Of a stretch of DNA of 39,674 bases, positions 10,543-21,690 are shown piece after piece. The notes under the pieces were generated by a model that did no database searches, was not told the origin of the DNA, and saw only the letters and a program-made list of their open reading frames with translations. The stretch covers positions 1 through 39,674 of the forward strand of contig PBSZ01000091.1 of the NCBI GenBank assembly GCA_002726445.1, read 5' to 3'. Source of the stretch: Cellvibrionales bacterium. GTDB taxonomy: Bacteria; Pseudomonadota; Gammaproteobacteria; Pseudomonadales; UBA7434. The translations under genes and the position numbers were made by a program. Position 1 is the first letter of the stretch, and every line of letters begins with the position of its first letter.

Positions 10543-10854
10543 ATGTACGCAGTTGTTGAAAGTGGTGGTAAACAACACCGAGTGATAGAAGGTGAAACCC
10601 TGAAAGTCGAAAAACTTGACCTTGCCACTGGCGAGTCACTCACTATCGATCAAGTCTTGATGGTCGGTGAAGGTGAATCGGTTAAAATTGGCGCACCTTA
10701 CGTTGCGGGCAGTTCTGTCACTGCAGAGGTTGTGTCACATGGCCGCCATGAAAAAGTGACCATCGTTAAATTTCGTCGACGCAAGCATCACCGCAAACAG
10801 ATGGGCCATCGACAGTGGTATACCGAATTAAAGATCACCAGCATTGCTGGCTAA
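10543..10854 (+). CDS. rplU: 50S ribosomal protein L21
   Basis: [14 protein letters not shown]...[19 protein letters not shown]; GGAG RBS. Confidence 0.99.
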   Translation: MYAVVESGGKQHRVIEGETLKVEKLDLATGESLTIDQVLMVGEGESVKIGAPYVAGSSVTAEVVSHGRHEKVTIVKFRRRKHHRKQMGHRQWYTELKITSIAG

Positions 10855-10898
10855 GGTTTTCGATCAACAAACAGATTAGATAAATTTTGGAGTAAATC

Positions 10899-11153
10899 AT
10901 GGCGCATAAAAAAGCTGGTGGTAGTACGCGTAACGGACGCGATTCAGAGTCAAAGCGATTAGGTGTTAAATGTTTTGGTGGCGAGGCCGTCAAAGCAGGC
11001 AATATTATTATTCGTCAGCGCGGCACTAAAGTTCACCCTGGTGTCAATGTTGGAATGGGCAAAGACCATACCCTCTTTGCAACTGGCGATGGCTTTATTA
11101 AGTTTGAGCAAAAGGGTCCAAAAAATCGAAAATACGTAAACGTAGTTTCGTAA
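10899..11153 (+). CDS. rpmA: 50S ribosomal protein L27
   Basis: [24 protein letters not shown]; GGAG RBS. Confidence 0.99.
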   Translation: MAHKKAGGSTRNGRDSESKRLGVKCFGGEAVKAGNIIIRQRGTKVHPGVNVGMGKDHTLFATGDGFIKFEQKGPKNRKYVNVVS

Positions 11154-11173
11154 ACACGGCTTTTATGAACCCC

Positions 11174-11202
11174 AAAGCCCTGTCTTACGACGGGGCTTTT
11201 TT
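11174..11202 (+). terminator. Intrinsic terminator after rpmA
   Basis: AAAGCCCTGTC-ttac-GACGGGGCTTT stem (one G-U pair) running into a T tract. Confidence 0.85.
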
Positions 11203-11261
11203 GTATCGGCCTCATATTTAAATGTGACCAATATAATCAGTTACTGTTGGCCAACCATTGA

Positions 11262-12473
<1,212 letters not shown>

Positions 12474-12523
12474 ACACGGTGAGCTTGCGTAAGTGAAGCA
12501 TAAAATTAACAACTGATCGTGAA

Positions 12524-13657
12524 ATGAGTCCGACCATGACATCGATAAGCACAGACAAAAAAATCTGCTGGGTCATTAAGATTGGCAGCGCACTACTGAC
12601 AGGTAATGGTCAAGGTTTAGCGGTGGACGCTCTCGATCACTGGGTCGAGCAGATAGCCAAATTAAAAGCCATGGACTATGACATCGTCATCGTCTCTTCA
12701 GGCTCGGTTGCCGAAGGCATGACTCGGCTAGGGCTTCAACAACGCCCTACCGCGCTTCATCAATTACAGGCCGCCGCAGCGATCGGCCAAGCTGGCTTAA
12801 TTCAAGCCTATGAAACACGCTTTAAAAAGTTTGATTTACTAACCGCGCAAATTTTATTGGTGCACGACGACTTATCTTCACGCACTCGCTACCTTAATGC
12901 GAGACAAACACTGCAAAGTCTACTCGATTCCAATGTTATTCCTATTGTCAATGAGAATGACACCGTAGCAACCGATGAAATTCGTTTTGGCGACAATGAT
13001 ACCTTAGCCGGTCAAGTTGCCAATTTGGTCGATGCTGAACGCTTAGTCATTCTAACCGATCAGCAAGGCGTGTTTACCAAAGATCCTAGAAAACATCGTG
13101 ACGCCACATTAATTCAAGAATGTGACGTGAATGACAAGACACTCGATGCAGCCGCGAGTGGCAGCAGCGGCAACCTAGGTCGCGGCGGCATGAGCACTAA
13201 AATAAAAGCCGCACGGTTAGCGGCCCGCTCTGGTGCAGACACCGTTATCACGGATGGATTAACGAATAATGTCATTATTCGACTGGCCAACAATGAGTGT
13301 CTAGGCACGCGACTAAGCAGTATAGATAGCCCTATTAGCCAGCGAAAACAGTGGCTTTCAGGCAGTCTGGCAAGCTGCGGGCAATTAATTATCGATCAAG
13401 GCGCCGAAAAGAAACTACTCGAATCAGGCAGCAGCTTATTACCCATCGGTGTAACTGGGGTAAATGGAGAGTTTTCTAGAGGTGACCTGGTTAGTTGTGT
13501 TAGCACTGACGGGCGAGAAGTGGCGCGCGGTTTAACAAACTACAGCAGCGAAGAAGCTAATAAAATTGTCGGCCAAGCCAGTGATCAACTTAGCGCACTG
13601 TTAGGTTACGGTGGTGACGAAGAGCTCATACATCGCGATAATCTTGTATTAGTCTAA
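12524..13657 (+). CDS. proB: Glutamate 5-kinase
   Basis: VIKIGSALL, VSSG, NENDTV, FGDNDTL, GGMSTK and a C-terminal PUA domain ending HRDNLV. Confidence 0.97.
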   Translation: MSPTMTSISTDKKICWVIKIGSALLTGNGQGLAVDALDHWVEQIAKLKAMDYDIVIVSSGSVAEGMTRLGLQQRPTALHQLQAAAAIGQAGLIQAYETRFKKFDLLTAQILLVHDDLSSRTRYLNARQTLQSLLDSNVIPIVNENDTVATDEIRFGDNDTLAGQVANLVDAERLVILTDQQGVFTKDPRKHRDATLIQECDVNDKTLDAAASGSSGNLGRGGMSTKIKAARLAARSGADTVITDGLTNNVIIRLANNECLGTRLSSIDSPISQRKQWLSGSLASCGQLIIDQGAEKKLLESGSSLLPIGVTGVNGEFSRGDLVSCVSTDGREVARGLTNYSSEEANKIVGQASDQLSALLGYGGDEELIHRDNLVLV

Positions 13658-13667
13658 ATCGAAACAC

Positions 13668-16600
13668 CTATTTCACAGAAAGCAAAATATCGCCGTCATC
13701 TAAGCCGGGACGATTAAGCTCGCCCTGCGATTTAATCTTCCCTGGCGGATCATTAATGGTTTCTGTCAACTCAGCAGCACAATAAGAGGCATCGACCTGC
13801 GCTTGCGGGGCTTCGTTATAGCAAGTTTTTCGTTGCTTAGGCAGGCGTGCTAAGCGACGGATCATTGCATCCATCTGTGAAGGAGGCATTTCTTGACCAT
13901 GCTGAGCACCGGCCGAGCGGGTAATCGTTTCATTCATTAATGTACCACCTAAATCGTTAGCACCCGAATTTAAACAAGCTGCCACGCCCTGCTCGCCCAT
14001 TTTGACCCATGAGGCTTGAATATTATGAATTTGGCCGTGCAAGACAAGACGAGCGACGGCGTGCATCAATACGGCCTCACGAAAAGTTGGCCCTTTACGT
14101 GACAGGCCTTTTAAATACATCGGCGCTTCTTCAGGCACAAAAGGTAATGGAACAAATTCAGTAAAACCACCCGTCTTAACTTGCAGCGCTCGCAATCTCA
14201 ATAAGTGGCGCGCCCAATGAGTAGGCGTTTCTATGTGGCCATACATAATCGTGGATGTGGTTTTCATGCCTAAGCTATGTGCCGTTTCCATGACATGCAA
14301 CCACTGCTCAGTACGGATTTTTTCAGGACAGAGCGTGTCGCGCACTTCGTCATCTAATATCTCTGCCGCGGTGCCAGGCAAGGTTGATAAACCCGCTTCA
14401 ATTAACTGCTGCAAGTAGGTTTTAATATCTAGGCCTAAGGTTTTCGCCCCCTGCCAAATTTCTAATGGCGAAAAAGCATGGATATGCATATCGGGAGAGG
14501 CTTGTTTAATCGCATGGCAAATATCAATGTACGTCTGGCCAGTATAGCCAGGGTGAATACCACCCTGCATACACACTTCAGTCGCACCGCGATCCCAAGC
14601 TTCGCAGGTTCGACGCTGAATTTCTTGCTCGCTTAAATCGTAAGGCCTGCCACGTAAGTTTTCACTCATTTTGCCCTTAGAAAAGGCACAAAATTGGCAT
14701 TTAAAATAACAAATATTGGTGTAGTTAATATTGCGATTAACCACGTATTTAACCGTATCTCTATTCACTGACTGTCGAAGTGAGTCTGCCGCATGACAGA
14801 CATGCCAAAAGTCATCGTTACGCGCCGAAAAGAGTTGCGCCACTTCTTGTTCTTCCAGCACTTCGCCAGCTGAAGCCTTGGCTGTAATCGCAGCGATCGC
14901 GCTTGAAGCAACCGGCCTTGCTTGGTCATCTTTTTGTGCTTGCCACCAAGCAGGGATCGTATTCGAAATGCCCGCCACCCAGTTGTCTGTTCGCGGCCAA
15001 CCTTCACTATCGATCATGGCAAGCACCTTAGCCTGCATAGTGGGTTCTACCCAACGACAAGTGTCGCTCGCATAGTCAGGGTAGATGGTTAGTCTTTCAT
15101 GCAGGTACTTACCCGTCGCACGAGTTTGAGATGCCAACTGATCAACATGAGGCCATGGGGCCTCTGGATTGACATGATCTGGGGTCAGTGGCGATACACC
15201 ACCCCAGTCATCGATGCCTGCTTGAACAATCTTTTCTAGCTCGCCCGGGCTCAAATTAGGCGGCGCTTGAATATGCATCGCAGCACCAAAAATAATACGC
15301 GCGACTGCAATAGTCCAAAGTAATTCTTCGACGCTGGGATCAGGCGCCTGAGCCATTTTAGTATCAGGCTTGGCTCTAAAGTTTTGAATGATCACTTCTT
15401 GCAAGTGGCCATACTGCTCATGTAAATCACGCAGCGCCAACATTGATTCAATACGCTCGCGGCGCGTTTCACCAATGCCGATTAGAATGCCCGAAGTGAA
15501 CGGCACATTTAATTCACCGGCCAATCGAATTGTCTCTAAACGAACAGCAGGGTCTTTATCAGGCGAACCGTAGTGCGGCATACCTTTTTCGGTTAAGCGC
15601 TCGGAGGATGACTCGAGCATGATCCCCATTGAAGCCGACACTTTTCGCAATGCTTTAATCTCGTCAGCATCCATACATCCGGCATTAATATGCGGCAGTA
15701 GAGAGGTCTCCTCTGCGACCCGTTGAGCAACATGTGTCACGTATTCTAACGTGGTACTGAAGCCCATCTCAGCCAAAGCCTCGCGCGCCACTCGATAGCG
15801 CAACTCTGGCTTTTCGCCCAAGGTGAAAAGCGCTTCTTTGCAACCCTGTAACTCACCTTGCTTAGCTAAAGCAACCACTTCATCAGCCGTCATGTAAATA
15901 GCGTCGAGGTGTCTTGGTGTGGTGGCGAAAGTACAGTAGTGACAAACATCACGACACAAATGGGTCAGCGGAATAAATACTTTTCTCGAATAAGAAATCA
16001 GCGAACCATGCCCAGCATCTCGCAAGGCCGATGCCTGTTTCATTAATGCCACTAAATCATCATTATCAGCTAATGCCAAGGCCTGACTCTGCGACGGTCG
16101 ATCAAGCAGACTGTAATCAAGTGATGTTGAAGCCTGCGCATCGATTATCGAACTCGGCTCAACCTCTTCAACCTCTAGCATCCACATCATTTGTAGGCGT
16201 TGGGCAATTGCACTGTCACGACAATATTCAGAGGTGTGTGAAGCGGTATGCAAAGCCTGAACTGACACCGTATCCGATGACAGTGAATGTGATTGATTAA
16301 GGCCAAGAATAAAGGCCATTAAATCACTGGGGGTATCAATATCTGCGGCAATCGCCCTTGAATAAAATCGTTGGATCAACATGTCTTGCGCGGCAAATGA
16401 TTCCTGATGAAGCGCAAAACTATTGCGCCCAAAGTGAAATAGCTGCCGATTTAATGTTTGTCGTTGCTGAATTTTAAGCGGTAAGAATTGGCTGCTGTGC
16501 AATACCATTGTATTGGTGCCGGTTTGATGACGGTCAGAGACTAAGGTCACTGAATCGCGCCGCACTGAAGAGGATAAATCATCTCGCTGTTGCGCAAGTC

Positions 16601-16982
16601 GTTCTATCTCAGCGATCGACAACTCGGGCAGATCGGCATGTAAAATACAGATATCGGTATCGTCAGCTAATTGTAAAACATGCTCACAGCCAGCATTAAT
16701 AGCCGCATTCAATGGAGAAAAAAGCGTGTTCAATTTTGAATGTACTTGAGCGCCTTGTTCTGGCTCAGAGATTAGCGTCACGCCATGGTGCTTAGCCATT
16801 AAAGCGGCAGTTGGATCATCAGACACTATCACAATGCCGTTTATTGAGGGTGCCTGAGTTAATACTGACAATACATCTTCAACCATCGCATGAAATAAAC
16901 GATGGCGCTCAGCAGCCGATAACACGCCAGAAAGACGCTGCTTGGCACTGACAAAATCTTTAAGTGGTAAGACTGCCCACAT
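13668..16982 (-). CDS. fbiC: Fused CofC-like guanylyltransferase + bifunctional Fo synthase (CofG-CofH, FbiC)
   Basis: aa 1-~265 carry CofC motifs (AVLPLK..AKQRL, HADLP, GTN, FGRNS, DIDTPSDL). CofG domain: YSRKVFIPLTHLCRDVCHYC, EALFTLGEKP, DDWGGVSP. CofH domain: YVVNRNINYTNICYFKCQFC, MQGGIHP, PGTAAEIL, NIQASWVK, NDLGGTLMNE. The frame is uninterrupted. Confidence 0.93.
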   Translation of the reverse strand: MWAVLPLKDFVSAKQRLSGVLSAAERHRLFHAMVEDVLSVLTQAPSINGIVIVSDDPTAALMAKHHGVTLISEPEQGAQVHSKLNTLFSPLNAAINAGCEHVLQLADDTDICILHADLPELSIAEIERLAQQRDDLSSSVRRDSVTLVSDRHQTGTNTMVLHSSQFLPLKIQQRQTLNRQLFHFGRNSFALHQESFAAQDMLIQRFYSRAIAADIDTPSDLMAFILGLNQSHSLSSDTVSVQALHTASHTSEYCRDSAIAQRLQMMWMLEVEEVEPSSIIDAQASTSLDYSLLDRPSQSQALALADNDDLVALMKQASALRDAGHGSLISYSRKVFIPLTHLCRDVCHYCTFATTPRHLDAIYMTADEVVALAKQGELQGCKEALFTLGEKPELRYRVAREALAEMGFSTTLEYVTHVAQRVAEETSLLPHINAGCMDADEIKALRKVSASMGIMLESSSERLTEKGMPHYGSPDKDPAVRLETIRLAGELNVPFTSGILIGIGETRRERIESMLALRDLHEQYGHLQEVIIQNFRAKPDTKMAQAPDPSVEELLWTIAVARIIFGAAMHIQAPPNLSPGELEKIVQAGIDDWGGVSPLTPDHVNPEAPWPHVDQLASQTRATGKYLHERLTIYPDYASDTCRWVEPTMQAKVLAMIDSEGWPRTDNWVAGISNTIPAWWQAQKDDQARPVASSAIAAITAKASAGEVLEEQEVAQLFSARNDDFWHVCHAADSLRQSVNRDTVKYVVNRNINYTNICYFKCQFCAFSKGKMSENLRGRPYDLSEQEIQRRTCEAWDRGATEVCMQGGIHPGYTGQTYIDICHAIKQASPDMHIHAFSPLEIWQGAKTLGLDIKTYLQQLIEAGLSTLPGTAAEILDDEVRDTLCPEKIRTEQWLHVMETAHSLGMKTTSTIMYGHIETPTHWARHLLRLRALQVKTGGFTEFVPLPFVPEEAPMYLKGLSRKGPTFREAVLMHAVARLVLHGQIHNIQASWVKMGEQGVAACLNSGANDLGGTLMNETITRSAGAQHGQEMPPSQMDAMIRRLARLPKQRKTCYNEAPQAQVDASYCAAELTETINDPPGKIKSQGELNRPGLDDGDILLSVK

Positions 16983-17010
16983 AAAAAAACCTATTTATAG
17001 TTGAGTGTTA

Positions 17011-17973
17011 TTACGCCGTTGAAGAATACAGTTGTTCAGTAAACTGCAAACATTGCTCAGCTAAATTTATCTTATCTTGCTCGCTGTGCATCACCGTATC
17101 GGTTATTTTTACCTTGATGCCCATCGTCTCAATTTCAGCGGCTCGATCAGAATCGCTGCGATCAATAACCAGGCCGTCAATGATATCACTATAGTAACTA
17201 GCAACACCGCTCACCGAGACTGGCATTTCAAGCCCCTGCATCATATTTGCGGTTGGTCCCTTGATCGCCATGCCATTCACAATAGGCGATACTGCAATAA
17301 TAGGTGCCCGACATCGCTTAAGTTTTGGTAATACCGACGGTATTTTTAAGATCGGGTCGACACTGACAAAGGGGTTCGACGGGCAAATAATAATCGCCTT
17401 TGGCTCAGCCGCTATGGCCATCTCGAAAGCGTCGCTAGGAGTCGCTGATGACATGCCGTTAAAACGAATCTCGCTGATCGGGGGTTGGCACTGCTGGCCG
17501 ACAAAATAGTCTTGGAAGTCAAGCCAACCCTGTTCAGTTAGCACCTGTGTCGCAACGGCGTCGTTGGTCATGGGAATCAGCTGTTGTTCGACCCCTAGCG
17601 CTTGACATAGCTTGGCTGTGACCTGCTCTAAACTGAGGCCCTGCTCAAAATATTGGCGCCTACGCGTATGTGTGGCGAGATCACGATCGCCCAATCGAAA
17701 CCAGGTCTCGCCGCCAAGCGCCGACATAGCATCCATAAACTGCCACGTTTCATTGGCCACTCCCCAACCCTGCTCGACATTACTTAAACCCGCCAAGGTA
17801 TACATCACGGTATCGAGATCTGGCGAAACAGGAAATCCTAAATGACAGAAGTCATCGGCAGTATTAGCAACAATAGTCAACTGTTTTGCCGACAGTGATC
17901 GCGCCAAGCCCAGCGCTAATTTCGCACCGCCAACACCGCCTGAAAGGGCTAATATATTTGCTTGCTCTATCAT
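17011..17973 (-). CDS. cofD: 2-phospho-L-lactate/phosphoenolpyruvate transferase (CofD/FbiA)
   Basis: LSGGVGGAKL, ANTADD, SPDLDTVMY, WFRLGDRD, PSNPFVS and VSPIV..AIKGP. Confidence 0.95.
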   Translation of the reverse strand: MIEQANILALSGGVGGAKLALGLARSLSAKQLTIVANTADDFCHLGFPVSPDLDTVMYTLAGLSNVEQGWGVANETWQFMDAMSALGGETWFRLGDRDLATHTRRRQYFEQGLSLEQVTAKLCQALGVEQQLIPMTNDAVATQVLTEQGWLDFQDYFVGQQCQPPISEIRFNGMSSATPSDAFEMAIAAEPKAIIICPSNPFVSVDPILKIPSVLPKLKRCRAPIIAVSPIVNGMAIKGPTANMMQGLEMPVSVSGVASYYSDIIDGLVIDRSDSDRAAEIETMGIKVKITDTVMHSEQDKINLAEQCLQFTEQLYSSTA

Positions 17974-17988
17974 TCTATAATCACTTGG

Positions 17989-18762
17989 CTAACGAAACAG
18001 ATCGGCTTTTTTGTCACGGATCAATGCGCTAGCATCCTGTTCGCTGGCCTGCCAATCCCAACCTCGAATAACGACCGCTGGAACCGATTCACCACCCTGC
18101 CCCATCAATAGCGAAGCGGCCGATGCCAGTTCGTCTGCGTCAGCCATTTCGGTAACTTCTAGCGGCCGACCGAATAAATCAGAGGCGCCAATCGCTGAGC
18201 GCAATGCCGGCACGGCAGCACTGCCTATAGCAAAACCGGTAATGCCATTACGCCATGCTCGACCCGCACTGTCACTGATAATGATACCTATTTTTAAGCC
18301 TTGCCGAGCAAAATAATCGGCAAGCTGTTTCGCACTCAAATTGGCATCAATGGGCAGTAACAAGACCCGTTCACGGCCCTCAAAATCAGTAATATTAGAC
18401 CGATCAATACCAGCATTAGCATGCACGTATCCACAGCGATGCTCGACAATCATAACGCCTGGGCGATGCCTAACCACTTCTTTTGACTCGTCTAGAATCA
18501 ACTGCACTAAGCGAGGATCTTTATCCACTTCTGCGGCCCATTGCAGCGCCTCGGCAGAAGGCTCAATTTCGTCCAGTAAGGCATAGCGACCTTCAGATTT
18601 TGAAATAATTTTTTGTGCGATAACCAGTATATCGCCATCCACGAGTTTGAACTCAGCGGCAGCTAAAGCGACATCGATTAAGGCTGACAAATCATCGCCA
18701 ACCTCGATCAAAGGTAATGTTTTCAGTGCGGTTAGGGAAAGATCCACAGGCGCGACTGGCAA
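17989..18762 (-). CDS. cofE: Coenzyme F420-0:L-glutamate ligase (single-domain CofE)
   Basis: QKIISKSEGR, ANAGIDRSN, SDSAGRAWRNG, DLFGRPL, ADELAS and terminal DLFR. TTG start immediately follows the npdG stop, with GAGG upstream. Confidence 0.94.
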   Translation of the reverse strand: MPVAPVDLSLTALKTLPLIEVGDDLSALIDVALAAAEFKLVDGDILVIAQKIISKSEGRYALLDEIEPSAEALQWAAEVDKDPRLVQLILDESKEVVRHRPGVMIVEHRCGYVHANAGIDRSNITDFEGRERVLLLPIDANLSAKQLADYFARQGLKIGIIISDSAGRAWRNGITGFAIGSAAVPALRSAIGASDLFGRPLEVTEMADADELASAASLLMGQGGESVPAVVIRGWDWQASEQDASALIRDKKADLFR

Positions 18763-19443
18763 TTAAGCCTCTGGAATGCCCGTTATGGCAAGCCCAGCAT
18801 GACACTTGTATTGCTTGTTAATAAAAATCAGCACCGAGGTGAGGGCTTCAACCGCCGCGGCATTTGCGATTGAACCACCGTGGTAGCCCTTCATGCCCGC
18901 CGCCTCAACAAGCTTGATCACTTCTTCTCGGGCCGCTTTTTTATTGCCGCAGACAATAACGTCACAGGTTAAGTCACTGCCCGCTTGTAAATGCACAGCA
19001 GCGACATTTTGAAATGCCGATACTACTTGAACATTTTCACCAACGATCTCCTGAGCGATTTGACCTGCTGAGCCCTGCTCTGGCAATTGGACACGCGCTA
19101 CTTTAGGTGGCACTAATGGCACCGTTACATCAATTAAAATTTTACCCTCAAGCACATCTTTAACTGACTCTAAGGTGCTGGCATGGTGGGCAAAAGGAAC
19201 CGTCATTGCAACGATATCGGCCGCACTGGCAGCCGCATGGTTATCCATTGCTTCGGCAGCAGAATCAGCAATGCCTCGCTCTTGCATCAAGCCTTGTAAG
19301 GCATCGACCGCTTGTTGCGCTTTTTCTTGGGTCCGCGAGCCAATGATGACGCGATAGCCGGCCTGTGCCCAACGACGAGCTAAACCGGTACCAAGATCAC
19401 CAGTACCGCCTAAAATGGCAACAGTGGGTAGTAAATCACTCAT
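18763..19443 (-). CDS. npdG: NADPH-dependent F420 reductase (F420H2:NADP+ oxidoreductase, Fno)
   Basis: ILGGTGDLGTGLA, IGSR, TVPF, DVTVPL, VSAFQNV and VEALT..LI.IN..YK; first gene of the cof operon. Confidence 0.9.
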   Translation of the reverse strand: MSDLLPTVAILGGTGDLGTGLARRWAQAGYRVIIGSRTQEKAQQAVDALQGLMQERGIADSAAEAMDNHAAASAADIVAMTVPFAHHASTLESVKDVLEGKILIDVTVPLVPPKVARVQLPEQGSAGQIAQEIVGENVQVVSAFQNVAAVHLQAGSDLTCDVIVCGNKKAAREEVIKLVEAAGMKGYHGGSIANAAAVEALTSVLIFINKQYKCHAGLAITGIPEA

Positions 19444-19714
19444 AGCAATTCCTTATTGTAATTGTGGATTAAATTGTCGGCCAACGGTCATCGTTGAACG
19501 AAGTCAATGAACCAAAACAGGTTTACGGTTATTATACGCTGAAATCACCTTTAAAGATGAGTGGCAATAACCGCCACCCTAGCAAGGCATATTTCCCTTT
19601 TAAATCAAGATGCAGTTACAATAAGCGGAAATAAGCAATTAAACAATTCGCTAACATCGAGCCTAACTCGATTTTTAGCATCCGATCGGCATCACTAGTA
19701 ATGCGAATGGAATT

Positions 19715-20539
19715 ATGGCTAACAACGATAATACGCAAGACAACGCTACCAATACGAGACTTTGCTTCGATAACGCTGTGGTATTGGTGACCGGCGGCGG
19801 CAAAGGGGTGGGGCTAGGGATAAGTCTGCGCTTTCTTGAGGCAGGTGCAACTGTCTATATTTGCGGCCGATCCGCACCAGAATCGCTGCCATCGGCATCG
19901 ACTAAAGACGGCAGTAATGTCGCACAATTTATTAACGCCGATGTCCGCGATCTGGATCAGACACAAGCCATGTTCGATCAAATCAAAACCGAATCGGGTC
20001 GTTTAGATGTGTTAGTCAACAATGCTGGCGGCGCACCTCCGGCTGAAGCGGCAACGGCATCACCGCGTTTTTCAGCATCAATTATTAATCTGAATTTGCT
20101 TGCGCCGATTAACCTTGCTCAAATGGCCAATGCCATCATGCAAAATCAAGCCTGTGGCGGAAGTATTATCAATATTGCCAGTGTTAGCGTCATTCGGCCT
20201 TCTCCGGGCACGGCCGCTTATGGCGCTGCCAAGGCAGGCATGGTCAACTTTTCCTCATCAGTCGCGGTAGAATGGGCGCCAAAGGTCCGTGTTAATGCGG
20301 TTATCGCAGGTTTAGTGAGAACCGAGCAAGCGGAATTACATTACGGTGATGAAGCCGGCATCGAGGCGGTGGGGCGTACGATTCCTCTGGGTCGCATGGC
20401 GCAACCTCAGGACATTGGTGATGCCTGTTTATTTTTAGCTTCATCACTGGCAAGCTATGTATCTGGCTCAACGGTAACCGTTCATGGCGGCGGCGAAGCA
20501 CCCGCCTTTCTGTCCGCTTCTAACGCAAATAACGAGTAA
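19715..20539 (+). CDS. Short-chain dehydrogenase/reductase
   Basis: [22 protein letters not shown] and terminal VHGGGE.P; resembles SDRs of actinobacterial steroid/lipid catabolic clusters. Confidence 0.88.
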   Translation: MANNDNTQDNATNTRLCFDNAVVLVTGGGKGVGLGISLRFLEAGATVYICGRSAPESLPSASTKDGSNVAQFINADVRDLDQTQAMFDQIKTESGRLDVLVNNAGGAPPAEAATASPRFSASIINLNLLAPINLAQMANAIMQNQACGGSIINIASVSVIRPSPGTAAYGAAKAGMVNFSSSVAVEWAPKVRVNAVIAGLVRTEQAELHYGDEAGIEAVGRTIPLGRMAQPQDIGDACLFLASSLASYVSGSTVTVHGGGEAPAFLSASNANNE

Positions 20540-20546
20540 GTCACTT

Positions 20547-21686
20547 ATGTCTTCACATTCTCCAACGGTCGACCTTGCCATGCAGCTAATGGCCTGTCGC
20601 TCGGTGACACCTATCGACGATGGCTGCCAAGATATTATGATTGCTCGATTGCAAGCCATCGGCTTTAAAATTGAGCGTTTACGGTTTGATGACGTGGATA
20701 ATTTCTGGGCGGTTCATGGTGACAGTGGCGATATCCTGGCCTTTGCTGGCCATACCGATGTCGTGCCAGCTGGTGACGAAAGCCAATGGCAGTACCCACC
20801 TTATCAGCCTCGTGTCGAACAAGGCCAGTTATGCGGTCGTGGTGCTGCCGATATGAAAGGCAGCTTAGCCGCGATGGTTACCGCCACCGAGGCTTTTATT
20901 TCCGCACACCCTAATCACCCCAACCGTCTGGCTTTTTTAATCACCAGCGATGAAGAAGGAATCGCCATTAATGGCACTGTTAGGGTAATGGACTATTTAG
21001 CCGATCAAAATGAAACGATTCGTTGGTGCGTGGTAGGTGAGCCCTCTAGCACCGCATTAACCGGCGATACGATTAAAAATGGTCGTCGCGGATCACTGGG
21101 GCTGAAATTGACTATCCACGGTGTTCAAGGTCATGTCGCCTACCCCCATTTAGCGGATAATCCCATTTTTAGTTTTTCTCCCGCTCTGGCCGAGCTGAAT
21201 CAAACAGAATGGGATCGAGGCAATGATTTCTTTCCTACCACGAGCTTTCAAATTTCTAATATACAAGCCGGCACAGGGGCGACTAACGTTATCCCTGGTG
21301 ACTTACACATCATCGCTAATTTTCGCTTTTCAACTGAGCTGACAGTCGACGACATTAAACAACGGCTAACTGCCATTCTTGATCGGCATGGTTTGCAGTT
21401 TAGTATTGAATGGCACTTGAGCGGACTGCCGTTCATCACTGAGCGAGGCGAATTAATTGACGCCAGCGTGACGGCTATCGAACAAGTGACCGGCTTGCAT
21501 ACAGAGTTGAGCACCGCTGGCGGCACATCGGACGGGCGCTTCATTGCGCCAACCGGCGCCCAACTGGTGGAACTCGGCCCTGTGAACAAGACTATTCATC
21601 GAGTCAATGAACGGGTGAATGCAGCTGAACTCGACCAGTTACAGGCAATCTATGAAAAAATAATGACCGCATTACTCAGCGACTAA
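20547..21686 (+). CDS. dapE: Succinyl-diaminopimelate desuccinylase
   Basis: [40 protein letters not shown] and GGTSDGRF. Start moved to ATG 20547 because the ORF-track start overlaps the SDR. Confidence 0.96.
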   Translation: MSSHSPTVDLAMQLMACRSVTPIDDGCQDIMIARLQAIGFKIERLRFDDVDNFWAVHGDSGDILAFAGHTDVVPAGDESQWQYPPYQPRVEQGQLCGRGAADMKGSLAAMVTATEAFISAHPNHPNRLAFLITSDEEGIAINGTVRVMDYLADQNETIRWCVVGEPSSTALTGDTIKNGRRGSLGLKLTIHGVQGHVAYPHLADNPIFSFSPALAELNQTEWDRGNDFFPTTSFQISNIQAGTGATNVIPGDLHIIANFRFSTELTVDDIKQRLTAILDRHGLQFSIEWHLSGLPFITERGELIDASVTAIEQVTGLHTELSTAGGTSDGRFIAPTGAQLVELGPVNKTIHRVNERVNAAELDQLQAIYEKIMTALLSD

Positions 21687-21690
21687 GACC

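Noticed and set aside
16150-16200. Independent internal start for FbiC at MMWM (about 16190-16179)
   Set aside because: There is no SD upstream and no stop ending CofC, and the TTG triplets after the nearby GAGG motifs are out of frame. It cannot be fully excluded without proteomics.
20484-20546. N-terminal extension of DapE
   Set aside because: It overlaps the SDR coding end; ATG 20547 gives a normal-length DapE.
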